Part shown: positions 35,493 to 45,900 of the stretch, one piece after another
Layout: every line of letters begins with the position of its first letter
How positions within the stretch are numbered: position 1 is the first letter of the stretch
DNA from: an uncultured virus (IMG/VR IMGVR_UViG_3300030098_002348)
Lineage: Duplodnaviria > Heunggongvirae > Uroviricota > Caudoviricetes
IMG/VR virus record: IMGVR_UViG_3300030098_002348
Reading direction: 5' to 3' (one strand)
Length of the DNA stretch: 64,000 nucleotides
Position numbers and translations under genes: made by a program
Notes under the pieces: model-generated
Databases searched by the model: none
Told to the model about the DNA's origin: nothing
What the model saw: only the letters and a program-made list of their open reading frames with translations

Positions 35493-36963
35493 ATCCCCTG
35501 TCCTCCTTTTTTGCGGCTAGTATATAAAGATTTTGTTTTGTTCTAGTCACACCCACATACCAAACTCTATTTTCTTCATCTGACTTGTCATCATTTTTTT
35601 CTGCTGATTCTCTGATTGTTTTTGTGTTGTCTAAAATTAATAATACATTTTCTGCCTCTCCACCTTTCGCAGAATGTATAGTGGATAATTTAACTCTAGC
35701 ATCTTTTGATAATTCTTCTCCGTTTCTTAACATTTCACGTATGTATAAATTTTCTTCAGGATTAGATTTAAATACTTCATACCATTCTTGATGTGTAAAA
35801 TACCCAAACTCGTAAAGATCGTACATTCTTTCTTCTGATATTTCTGTATCTTCCTGTAAAAATTCAAACAAATCTCTGCACTCTGAGAGAGATAATTTAT
35901 CTCCGTTTGTCCACCTGGTGTAATTTTTAATAGATGTGTACAATCTTTTTCCATAGCTTTTACGTCCTTTGTATTCGTAGTAAATAGCCATATCTTTTAA
36001 TATTGGCATAAGTTTGTTCAGTCTATCGTTATACCTGGCTAACACTAACCATTGTCCGGTGTGTAACGGAACATCTTCAATAGAAGTTATGTGGTGAACG
36101 GATCCCATGTCTGGTCTAGGTGACCATTGTTTTTTTATTCTCCTTTCGTCTGGTATACGATTTAAAATTTGATCAGCTATATGTTGCACCATGCTTGGCA
36201 CTCGATAAGATTGTGGCAAAATAATGTCTTTCTTTGCTGTAATATTTTGAAACATTTTAACATCTGCACCCGCCCAACCATAAATTGCTTGGTCATCGTC
36301 GCCTGCTAAAATTACGTACTTACTATTTTTTATTATTTCTTTACACATCTTCCATTGTATCGGAGATAAATCTTGAGCCTCGTCTATAAAAGCTATGTCT
36401 AATTTTGGACACATTTCTGACACAATAAATTTTTCAATCATGTCAGTAAAATCTACCAGTTTAAACGAGTCTTTATAATTAATAACTTCTGTTTGAAGTA
36501 TAGATAACAATCGTTTATCCAGTGTTTCTGAATACATGCCTGTATTATATTCATCTTCAACGGATATTTCTTTTATCCTCGCTGCATTTATTAAATTAAA
36601 ATATTCACTATCAGAATCTACAAACCCAGTTTTTTCTTGACCCTCAGAGTAGACCGTAACTTCAATACCTAATTTTCTACCTATGTCTTCATAGTGCTCA
36701 TCCTGCATGACCTCAGATTTTTTTAATCCTAATCTTGTAAACGCTAGAGAGTGTAGAGTTCTAAAATGTTTTAAGTCTTTTCTATTGTATCTTGGATATT
36801 GTTCTAACATTCTATCAATCGCTTCCTCTGCAGCTTTTTTAGTAAAAGCAAAGTACCCTATCTTATCTATGGGCGTGCCTAATTTTAAAAATGTCTTCAC
36901 ATATTTTAAAAGTTTGGTTGTCTTGCCAGTGCCTGGGGGTCCAAATAATTTTCTACTAATCAC
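35470..36963 (-). CDS. Superfamily 1 (UvrD/Rep-like) helicase
   Basis: GPPGTGKT, DEAQD, GDDDQAIY, STIHSAKGGE, YVGVTR. Confidence 0.93.
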   Translation of the reverse strand: MISRKLFGPPGTGKTTKLLKYVKTFLKLGTPIDKIGYFAFTKKAAEEAIDRMLEQYPRYNRKDLKHFRTLHSLAFTRLGLKKSEVMQDEHYEDIGRKLGIEVTVYSEGQEKTGFVDSDSEYFNLINAARIKEISVEDEYNTGMYSETLDKRLLSILQTEVINYKDSFKLVDFTDMIEKFIVSEMCPKLDIAFIDEAQDLSPIQWKMCKEIIKNSKYVILAGDDDQAIYGWAGADVKMFQNITAKKDIILPQSYRVPSMVQHIADQILNRIPDERRIKKQWSPRPDMGSVHHITSIEDVPLHTGQWLVLARYNDRLNKLMPILKDMAIYYEYKGRKSYGKRLYTSIKNYTRWTNGDKLSLSECRDLFEFLQEDTEISEERMYDLYEFGYFTHQEWYEVFKSNPEENLYIREMLRNGEELSKDARVKLSTIHSAKGGEAENVLLILDNTKTIRESAEKNDDKSDEENRVWYVGVTRTKQNLYILAAKKEDRGYDIESLG

Positions 36964-38594
36964 ATTATCTCCGTTTTATGTTTCAATGGTTTATGATTGA
37001 TTGGTATCTCCTCAAAAGATTTTAAATTAATTTGCACCACATTTTTTACAGATGCATTATATTTTCCTTTTTCTTTTGTAGGAAATCTTTTTTGTTCTAA
37101 AAACTCTATCTCACATTCTCTATAGGCTAACTCCATGATACGACCTGTTTTTTCTTCTTTATATTTCCAATCTTTTGCTTTCAATCTTTCAAAAAATTTA
37201 TCAAATTTAAAAAATGCATAGTCACCTTCAATTAACACTGACCCAGTTTTAAAGGCAGCATCGTTAGTCGCTTTTGGTCCATTTATTTTTGCATGTAGAA
37301 CATCGTGTAGTTTTTCTTTTGGTGAAGTTCCTATTGGTGGTTGCACTGTTTTCTGTGTAGAGTAAAGAGCGTCCATTACTGTTTGTTCTTGATCTCCTTT
37401 TATTAGAGGTGGTAAAAAACCTGCAGCCTTTGCTATGGCATTTCTACGCTTACGTTGATCGTTTAAATGTTCTATTGATTTACAGTGCACTGTTGCTGTT
37501 CCGATACCATCAGGTTTAGTCACATCAAACTCATACTCAGGTTCTTCAAATATTTCTATCTTTCTTAAATTGGTTAATACAGGATACGCTCCTTTAGATC
37601 CTGCCAACACTCCAAATTTTTTCTTAACACAAATACCTTTTTTACAAAAATCACTTATCGGACTTTCATTACAGGTGTATCCTTTTTCTGATCTCTTCCA
37701 AGATTTTAATTTAGCGCTTAATTTTTTATCGTCCCATGCATTAGCATGTGATTCTTCAAAAAATTTTACTGGTGCATTTTTAACCTTGCGTTCCCAATCG
37801 TCGGGGTACTTCATCTTCACAAACACATGATAATTATACATAAATCGATCTTTGCCATCGAAACCTTTTTGGTTAGAAATCTTGGAAATGTCTGCAAGAC
37901 AAGGTGGACCATCAATTAAATCTTCATCTACGCCTCTGTATATTTTTAAATCTATTTCGTTAGTAATAATTTCTAGATCTTTTTTAGATACTAGATTTGA
38001 CTCAACTACTTTTAAAAATTGATCTAACTCAAACTTAGTCCCATCTAAGTTCATGGCTTTTCTTTTATCACCGTAGTAAGGTAAATTAATAAATTGACCT
38101 GGTTTTAAATTACCTGTCTCCTCGTCTCTAGTTAATTCTGTTTGCTTTGGAAATATTTCAGTGTCTTGTTTTAATTTAAATAAGGGTAATAAATTAGTTA
38201 AAAAAGATTTTACAATTTTAGCATTCGTAAATGCATCCATGAAAATACATAAATGCAAACCACCGCTTTTAGATTCTATTGGTATGAGAGGAAGATCGTA
38301 TTGTTGTATTGTATCTATAAAAAATTTTTTATCAAAATCATCATATTCTTTTGGATCAATGTCTATGACTCCAAACTTAACTTCTTTGTTTTCATTACAT
38401 GGTTGAATACCAATTGACACCTTGCCTTGCAAGTGAGAGCTATAGACAGATTCTGTTAACTTCTCAAAGTTCCAACGATAGACTGGTTTTTTCTTGCCGC
38501 TGTCAGGATCAACAAAAGCCTCGGGATGATCAAAGTCAGCTAATCCATATGCCGATCTATATCCATCAAAAAATTTTATATATCTAGTATCCAT
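36960..38594 (-). CDS. Archaeo-eukaryotic-type primase (AEP) domain protein
   Basis: FGVIDID, ESKSGGLH and FINLPY motifs, GPPCL, Cys cluster; likely start MDTRY at 38594. Confidence 0.75.
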   Translation of the reverse strand: MDTRYIKFFDGYRSAYGLADFDHPEAFVDPDSGKKKPVYRWNFEKLTESVYSSHLQGKVSIGIQPCNENKEVKFGVIDIDPKEYDDFDKKFFIDTIQQYDLPLIPIESKSGGLHLCIFMDAFTNAKIVKSFLTNLLPLFKLKQDTEIFPKQTELTRDEETGNLKPGQFINLPYYGDKRKAMNLDGTKFELDQFLKVVESNLVSKKDLEIITNEIDLKIYRGVDEDLIDGPPCLADISKISNQKGFDGKDRFMYNYHVFVKMKYPDDWERKVKNAPVKFFEESHANAWDDKKLSAKLKSWKRSEKGYTCNESPISDFCKKGICVKKKFGVLAGSKGAYPVLTNLRKIEIFEEPEYEFDVTKPDGIGTATVHCKSIEHLNDQRKRRNAIAKAAGFLPPLIKGDQEQTVMDALYSTQKTVQPPIGTSPKEKLHDVLHAKINGPKATNDAAFKTGSVLIEGDYAFFKFDKFFERLKAKDWKYKEEKTGRIMELAYRECEIEFLEQKRFPTKEKGKYNASVKNVVQINLKSFEEIPINHKPLKHKTEIM

Positions 38595-38604
38595 AACTGA
38601 GTTA

Positions 38605-38637
38605 CGTGGGCCTTCCACTCTCGCTTCCCGGCCCACG
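38605..38637. terminator. Intergenic stem-loop
   Basis: CGTGGGCC...GGCCCACG between the SSB-like and primase genes. Confidence 0.5.
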
Positions 38638-38657
38638 CTGCGCATACCCCGTAGGGA

Positions 38658-39419
38658 TTAGATAATGCTATCCTTTGATTTTGTTTCAGTCTCACCGTGT
38701 TTTGCTTTCACAGCACCTTTTGAGATGCTTTCTGAAAACGATTTAGCTTGACTGTATAAGGATTGATCAGTTATTGGGCCCACTTTACTAACTTCCCAAC
38801 CAAACCATGTGCCTTTATCATTTGACATTTGTGTGGTTTTTAGTTTGTAAATGTGGCTGAAAGATGCTGGTGTGAATAAACCTTTTGCTCCTTTCAATCT
38901 TATACCATTCATCATTGTATTCCACTTTCTACTAATTTTTAATTGAGTAGATTTCATGGATATCAATGCTGTTGATGGATTATCTCCCATGATTATGACA
39001 AAGTGAGACGCAGTCTTCTCAATATAATTACCATTTGGTAATCTATCTTTGTAGTTTGCATCTGGTGTTGTCTTGGACATGATATCAGATGAAGAATCAT
39101 AAATTGCAACTGGTGCACCTAATCCCTCTCCCCTATCTTTCCATTCGATGTACTCTAGTTTATAAAAACATGGAATTACATCTATACCTTTTACTCCATC
39201 ATGCAGTTCACCTGATACTGAATTAAATATCATACCTGGTTCTGCACCTTCGACATACTTACCGTCACGTTTATTAACTTCTGGTGAAAGCTGTCCAAGG
39301 ATTTTTAGAAAAGGAAGGGCTAGATCTTCTTGACCTATTTTACCCAAACCTTTTGCTGCATCTTCTTCAAACACATTTGCTGGAAGACCTGCAGACTTTT
39401 TCTCTGTTACTTGGTTCAT
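38658..39419 (-). CDS. Putative ssDNA-binding/annealing protein
   Basis: 253 aa; DLALPFLKIL.QLSPEV, MKSTQLK.SRKWN and NDKGTW.GW motifs; in the replication module. Confidence 0.55.
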   Translation of the reverse strand: MNQVTEKKSAGLPANVFEEDAAKGLGKIGQEDLALPFLKILGQLSPEVNKRDGKYVEGAEPGMIFNSVSGELHDGVKGIDVIPCFYKLEYIEWKDRGEGLGAPVAIYDSSSDIMSKTTPDANYKDRLPNGNYIEKTASHFVIIMGDNPSTALISMKSTQLKISRKWNTMMNGIRLKGAKGLFTPASFSHIYKLKTTQMSNDKGTWFGWEVSKVGPITDQSLYSQAKSFSESISKGAVKAKHGETETKSKDSII

Positions 39420-39421
39420 GT

Positions 39422-39976
39422 TTATTTGCTCCTTGTTACTTTAGTTCTGTTTCCTGAGAACACGTTAAATAGATCAGAGGGCATCTCTTGTCCAGACTCG
39501 AGACGCTCCCTGACCAATGCTTTGAGAGTCATGGGCTCGACCTTTAATTTCTGGACGGGTTGATATCCTTGACCCTGCGCAAGGACAGCGTATTGCTGTG
39601 CCTTGTTATCTTCGTTACGACCAAAGGAAACTGTAATCTCATTTTTAATAAGATCACCTAGGCCGTTTTCTCGAAGCCATTTAAATGCTGCCTCTTTATT
39701 AGCTGCTGTAATAGAAGCACCATAAACTGGTTTTACTTCAACTGAAGAACCATCTGCTAATTTTAACGTAGAGATATTCATCTCTTGCATCATAGTGGGT
39801 ATGACCTCACCAGATAATAGATCTAGATGCCTCTTTAGTTCTTTCAATTCTTTTTCTTTTTCTTGAAACTCATCTTCTAATTTTTTAAGTTTCACTACTT
39901 GATCTGACAAAGATTTAGCGTCATTGACTGAGTTTAAATCTTCTCTTTGATCCTGTTCAAAATTAATACTACTCAT
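39422..39976 (-). CDS. Conserved replication-module hypothetical protein
   Basis: 184 aa; AF.WLR.NGLGDLIKN and VEP.TLKA.VRER motifs. Confidence 0.65.
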   Translation of the reverse strand: MSSINFEQDQREDLNSVNDAKSLSDQVVKLKKLEDEFQEKEKELKELKRHLDLLSGEVIPTMMQEMNISTLKLADGSSVEVKPVYGASITAANKEAAFKWLRENGLGDLIKNEITVSFGRNEDNKAQQYAVLAQGQGYQPVQKLKVEPMTLKALVRERLESGQEMPSDLFNVFSGNRTKVTRSK

Positions 39977-40325
39977 TAGTTTCTCCTTTCTCGTATAAGT
40001 TTATTGCAATAGGATAATATTGCCTTTCTTGCTTATCCCATTTTAATAAGTTGTATTTTCCATTTGTAATATCAGATACAATAGAACATGCAACACCAAT
40101 TAGTGCAGGGTCGCCTGTCAATAATAAATAATCTTCTGAGTTATAATTTTTTAAAAGTTTTCTTAATTTAAAAATTAATGGTCCAGGAGAAAATATCATC
40201 TGTGAAAGTTCAGGTAATAAAAATTTTAGAGTGCCATATTTTTGTGCACCTATAATGTTTATTTTAGGGTTACCTGCTTTTGTGCCTGGCACCTCCTGTA
40301 TCACATAAACTATTCTTTCTGACAT
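39969..40325 (-). CDS. Conserved hypothetical protein
   Basis: Likely start MSERIVYVIQE at 40325; DYLLLTGDP and LLKWDKQ motifs. Confidence 0.65.
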   Translation of the reverse strand: MSERIVYVIQEVPGTKAGNPKINIIGAQKYGTLKFLLPELSQMIFSPGPLIFKLRKLLKNYNSEDYLLLTGDPALIGVACSIVSDITNGKYNLLKWDKQERQYYPIAINLYEKGETNE

Positions 40326-40361
40326 TGACAAACAATATAAAGATGTTATATACTTTGTCAA
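40325..40361. promoter_or_regulatory. Divergent overlapping sigma70 promoters
   Basis: TTGACA on both strands (40325-40330 and 40361-40356) with TATACT / TATATT at 18 / 16 nt spacing. Confidence 0.6.
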
Positions 40362-40379
40362 TAGAAAGTAGAAAATATT

Positions 40380-41813
40380 ATGAAATATAAATTTAAGACT
40401 ACGCCATATGAGCATCAACTTAAAGCATTGGAGATGTCCTGGAACAAACCATACTTTGCATATTTTATGGAAATGGGTACCGGTAAATCCAAAGTGCTAA
40501 TAGATAATATATCCATGCTTTATGACAATGGTAAGATAAATGGTGTTTTAATTGTGGCACCAAAAGGTGTCGTAAAAAACTGGTATGAATCTGAGATACC
40601 TACGCATTTGGTAGATCATATTGAACACAAAACGGTGTTATGGCAATCTAATATAAATCAAACACAACAGAAAAAATTAAACACTTTGTTTGAAACTGGT
40701 GAAGATTTACATATTTTAATCATGAATGTAGAGGCTTTATCAACTAAAAAAGGTGTGGACTTTGCAGAAAAATTTTTACTTTCTCACAGGTCTATGATGG
40801 CTATTGATGAATCTACTACGATAAAAAATCCAGAGGCCAAACGTACAAAAAATATATGTAAATTAGGGTTATCTACTAAATATAATAGAATACTAACTGG
40901 ATCACCTGTAACTAAATCACCACTAGATTTATATAAACAATGTGATTTTTTAATGCCAGAACTGTTGGGCCACTCTTCTTATTATTCTTTTAGAACCAGG
41001 TATGCTGTAATGCGAACCGCTAACTTTGGAGGACGGTCTGTTCAAATTGTAGTTGGTTATAGAAATTTGAATGAACTATCAGAAAAATTAAAACCATTTT
41101 CTTATCGTGTATTAAAAGATGATTGTTTAGATTTACCTAAAAAAACTTATATGAAACGAACTGTATCTTTGACTACAGAGCAATCAAAAGCCTATCGACA
41201 AATGAAGGAGATGGCTCTTGCTAGTTTTAATGGTAAAATGATGACCACTGCTACAGTTTTAACTCAACTCATGAGACTCCAACAAATAACTTGTGGTAAC
41301 TTTGTAGCGGATGATGGCACCATGGTTGATTTGGATACAAATAGAATACCTGAGCTAATGGATTTATTAGATGAAGTAGAGGGTAAGGTAGTTATCTGGG
41401 CACATTTTCAAAAAGATGTGAATAGAATTATAAAAGAAATTAGTAAAAAGTATGGTGAGAATAGTTACGTAGACTACTATGGTAAAACACTTCAAGAAGA
41501 CAGACAGAAAAATATTAAAAAGTTCCAAGATCCCCGGTCCCCGGTCAGATTCTTCGTGGGCACTACACAAACCGGTGGATATGGCATCACGCTCACCGCT
41601 GCATCAACCATGGTGTATTATTCTAATGGTTATGATTTAGAGAAAAGACAACAGTCAGAGGCTAGAATAGATCGTATTGGTCAAGAAAAACCTATGACTT
41701 ATGTTGATATAATATGTGAAGATACTGTTGACGATAGAATTGTACAGGCTTTACGTAAAAAAGTAGATATTGCAACTCAAATTATGGGTGAAGAATTAAA
41801 GGCCTGGATCTAA
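40380..41813 (+). CDS. SNF2-family helicase/ATPase
   Basis: EMGTGKS, DEST.IKN, LTGSP, QSEARIDRIGQ. Confidence 0.92.
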   Translation: MKYKFKTTPYEHQLKALEMSWNKPYFAYFMEMGTGKSKVLIDNISMLYDNGKINGVLIVAPKGVVKNWYESEIPTHLVDHIEHKTVLWQSNINQTQQKKLNTLFETGEDLHILIMNVEALSTKKGVDFAEKFLLSHRSMMAIDESTTIKNPEAKRTKNICKLGLSTKYNRILTGSPVTKSPLDLYKQCDFLMPELLGHSSYYSFRTRYAVMRTANFGGRSVQIVVGYRNLNELSEKLKPFSYRVLKDDCLDLPKKTYMKRTVSLTTEQSKAYRQMKEMALASFNGKMMTTATVLTQLMRLQQITCGNFVADDGTMVDLDTNRIPELMDLLDEVEGKVVIWAHFQKDVNRIIKEISKKYGENSYVDYYGKTLQEDRQKNIKKFQDPRSPVRFFVGTTQTGGYGITLTAASTMVYYSNGYDLEKRQQSEARIDRIGQEKPMTYVDIICEDTVDDRIVQALRKKVDIATQIMGEELKAWI

Positions 41814-42266
41814 TTTTTTATACCAAGTAGCAACAACGTACCTTGTTTCTTTTTCAATAGTTTTAACTCCATGTCTATAATGCCTGCCATCAAAAAATAA
41901 AGTTCTACCCAACTTTGGTTTGAAAATAGTCCCCTCTTCAAAAAAAGTTTGACCACCTTCGTAGTTGTCATTTAAGTAAGTTATTGATGAAATAGTTGTG
42001 TTGTCGTGCACATTATCTACGTGAATACTTTTTCTTGACCCAACGGGCCACTCTACTATTTGAATATAGTCAATTGTTGAATTATATTCTTTTACAACAT
42101 TATTTAATTTAGGTGTAAAAAAATCTAAGCCCTCACTAGCTATATTTAAGACTAAAATTTTAGTATCATTAAATTTTTCAACTTTATCTGTATTATCTTT
42201 ATAAAACTGTATTAAAAAATTACACTCAGACTTTGATAAAAAATTATCAATTATTATTGTTTTCAC
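41796..42266 (-). CDS. 2OG-Fe(II) oxygenase (prolyl-hydroxylase-like)
   Basis: HVD, YLNDNYEGG, HGV.....RY motifs. Confidence 0.85.
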   Translation of the reverse strand: MKTIIIDNFLSKSECNFLIQFYKDNTDKVEKFNDTKILVLNIASEGLDFFTPKLNNVVKEYNSTIDYIQIVEWPVGSRKSIHVDNVHDNTTISSITYLNDNYEGGQTFFEEGTIFKPKLGRTLFFDGRHYRHGVKTIEKETRYVVATWYKKLDPGL

Positions 42267-42739
42267 ACTAAGTCTACAGCGTTACCAATAACAGGTTTGT
42301 ATTTAGTTTTACCTTCTTCTTTGTACGCTCTTAATAATTGTTTTCTTGGTTTATCAGATACATAGCTGCAGTGGATCCACCCCGAGTTTGGTTCACCCGG
42401 AGTAAAAAACTCTAATATCATTTGATCATACGGTAGGTTTGCTTTGATCCAATCAAAGACTTCAGCGTTGCTTGTGCCTAGACATTCGAAGTCCGCCGCC
42501 TCCGCACGGGTATGTTGCGAATTTAAACTGCTGCCAATTTTTACACATAACTCAGGACTACGAAAGCAGCTGGTCACCGTTACTCTGCCGAAGTGGTCAC
42601 GTACCGGTTGTAAAATATTTTCACAAAGTAGTTTTAATTTTTCTATTTGATCTGCATTAGGATTGTTATCAATACCCAGCCTGATAGCTGTGTCTGATTT
42701 AATAAGCTCTGAGAGGTTGAAGTTACGTGAAAGATTCAT
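42263..42739 (-). CDS. Peptidase M15 family endolysin
   Basis: NF.LSEL.KS.TA.R.GIDN, SQH...AADF, WIHCSY. Confidence 0.85.
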   Translation of the reverse strand: MNLSRNFNLSELIKSDTAIRLGIDNNPNADQIEKLKLLCENILQPVRDHFGRVTVTSCFRSPELCVKIGSSLNSQHTRAEAADFECLGTSNAEVFDWIKANLPYDQMILEFFTPGEPNSGWIHCSYVSDKPRKQLLRAYKEEGKTKYKPVIGNAVDLV

Positions 42740-42927
42740 TATTTTGTTAATAACATAAATATCATATTGGCCATTCCCATTATTAGCATACCTGCTGATA
42801 CCAATACAATTTTTTCAAGTCTATTTATCTGTGACTCAATTTTATGTATTTTATCATGCGTTTGCTTTTGCATTATCCTGCAAAGCTTTTCATGATCTTC
42901 TATTTTTTGTAATGCGTTTTTAGCCAT
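42739..42927 (-). CDS. Small coiled-coil plus TM protein (possible holin/lysis accessory)
   Basis: MAKNALQKIEDHEKLC...IVLVSAGMLIMGMANMIFMLLTK; directly upstream of the endolysin. Confidence 0.55.
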   Translation of the reverse strand: MAKNALQKIEDHEKLCRIMQKQTHDKIHKIESQINRLEKIVLVSAGMLIMGMANMIFMLLTK

Positions 42928-45900
42928 TTGGAAAGAGAATAGCAAAACGGTCGGCGTTTGTCGAGTCCGTTCCTTGTACTTGTGAAGATAAAATATTAGG
43001 GTTAATTGGTGCTGTATTGACTCCAACAGGTAGTTGTGCCGCATCAGACCCACCAGCTTTAGGTAATAATGGATTTTCAAAAAATGGAAAATTACCTTCA
43101 GTTAATCTAATTCTAAACATATTGTTTCTCATGTTAAAAATTATATTAGCAGCAGCTCTAAATGGATTTGTATAAGATGGATCTTTTTCTCGTAATTTTC
43201 TAGTATTCTCATCAAATTTAGCAATCACTCCATCTGAAATAGATAATGGCACAAATCTTTCAGCCTCTAGATTAGCTAGATCACTTTTGGTTAATCGTTT
43301 TGTATTGTTATAAAACTCCTGACCTTCTAAACCTAATAATTTTGCAGCGTCTAAATCAAACTTCATTTCTTTTTTAACACCAAACAAAGCCCTATTTGCA
43401 TTTATGTATGCATCAACAACTTCATAGGGTTCTATTGGACCACCTTTTAAAACAGTTGATGTAAAAAGTTTTCTAGAATCTCTAACACCTTCTTGATAAT
43501 CTGCTATTTTAAATTGTATACTTTTACCAGGATCTAGTTCTACAGCTCTAAAACCAAATAATCCTCCAAATTCTGGACCAAACTCATAATCTTGTCCGTA
43601 TTCATTAAATCTACCTTTTGTAATAACATCAACTTCTTTTATAGATTTATCTATTCTTGCTAATTGATTTAATGAAAATGGCATTTGTGCCTCTACTAAA
43701 TGTCTCATAATTTTTGAAGCTTTAGTTCCTGGTAAATCTTCATCATTAAATACTTCAGACCCTGATCTTGTTCTACCACCTCTTGCTATAATATCTAATA
43801 CGGCTTCAGTCCAAATAGATTCACTGATAAATGGCTCACCTATTTCTCTCATACCAATAAACGAACCTAATATAAAATCATCTACTATACCATCGTCATC
43901 TTTTTCACCTGCTGCAACAGCATTTATCACCGACTGTATCGGTCTAATTAAAGTATCATACGCATTAGCATGACTAAAATCTATGTATTTAAATTTACCA
44001 GTTTCTTTATCTTTAATTGGTATAATTGTAGAATTTTTAGACCAATCAGCTACATATCTTCTTATAGCTTGTAGTTCATCATCTGTTACATCATATAATG
44101 TTTTACCAAGTTCTACTGCGCCTGCAGGCACAGCTGCAACCGTTGCACCAAAACCAAATAATCTTTGGTACCCTATTCTTTGAAAAGGTTTAATAACAGT
44201 GCCATCTGCTTTTGTGATTGTGCCATTTATTTCACTTAATGCTCTTCTTACAATATTTGTACCCGTTCTTAATATTTCTGCTGGAAAAGATACAAAGTTT
44301 CCTATTGGATATTTTCTAAGACCTTGAATAAATTCAGATACATAGTCATAGTTTGGTATATTATTTTTAACAATGTCGGCTGCCTCTTCTTTTAAATATC
44401 TTTCAAAGTTTTTATTGTTTGGTCTAAATACTCTTTGCACACCATTTCTATCTGTAAATATTTCTCCTACTTTTAAATTTCTAGCAAAAGCGGCAGCTAG
44501 TCTATCTTTTTCTACCGCAAAAGAATATATCTTCCAAAAGTCATCCTCAGCTGTGTATAAATCTTGTGACACAGATTTAATTTTAGATAGAGGTTTTAAC
44601 AATGCTCTTAAACCTTTGTCAGTTGTCATGGTTGCACCAAAGTTTACATCTTCTAAAAGTCTTGATAAATCTCCTAGTCTAACGTTTGAATTTACAACAC
44701 CAAGTTCTAATAACTCTTCATACAGTTCATTTTGTTTTCTTGTTCCTACTAAACCAGTTTGTAATGCTTGATACGCGTTTTTAATCGCTTTTGCTTTTAG
44801 CGGGTTAAGTGGCAGTATGCCGTTTGCTGCTGCAAACGCACCTGCACTAACAAAATTACGTAAGTGTGTTACTGGAGATAAAATTGTTTTTGCAATTTGT
44901 GATGTAGCTTTTGGATATAAAATTAAATTATTATAAACCTGTATACCAAAACTAGGATCTTTAGTTACTGTAGATGTCTGTTCTAATGCATCAGCAACAC
45001 CTTTTAATGCGTACTTACCATTTAATGGATTGACTACTCCTGCCTCTAATTTTTTACCAAGATCAATCCTAATTTCTTTTACGTCTGTTCCAAGAGCATC
45101 GACTGCTTCATCGTACGTATCATATACTACACCTTTTTTACCATTTTTTCTTAATGCATTTGATTCGTTTATAATATTATCAAAAAATACATTACGTCTT
45201 GATATTACAGATAACTTAGATGTCCCTGCTAAAATAGTTTGCATTGGGTTTTTATTTTTACCTAATAAGTTTTCAAACACCTCTCGGTCTGCTTGTTTAG
45301 TAATGTTATCAATATTTACAGTGCCATTAAAATCAGCAACATCTTTCATGGCAGTTTTACCAACAAAGAAAGTTGGTATTTTAAAATACGGATCATTTGG
45401 TTTATTCATTTTAAAACCACCAGGAACTTTTGCAGTATCAATAATTTGTTTTACATATCCTTGTGCCTGTTCTTTACTTATTGGTTTGCCTTGTTGCCTA
45501 GCTGTAGTCATAAATAAATTTTCTGCTGCCTCAATCGCTTCTCTTGATGGTGTGTAAGATAAAAATGGTAAAATAGATTTGTTCTGAAATACTTCGTACG
45601 TTGAACCAAGATAGGTTTTAAATTTTGTACCAAATAATTTTTTAAACTCAGCTAATTCCTTATCATCAAGTCTCTTTCCTAAATTAGAAAATAAATCTTG
45701 CCACCTTGTTCTTATTGCATTTATGTTAGCAAATAATTCTGTTTCTACTTCAGTTGCTTTTTTACCATCTAAATGTTTTCTAATAGTATCAGATACTTTA
45801 AATTTTTTCTTACTAGGATCTAGAAATTCAAAGGTAACTCTACCTTTTTTATCAATTGTTGGTTTACCAGTAAATAAAAGATCATTTACTTCTTCTAAAA

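Noticed and set aside
39969..43080. Long N-terminal extensions in the ORF track for 39969..40418 and 42739..43080
   Set aside because: They overlap promoters or other genes; internal starts at 40325 and 42927 fit better
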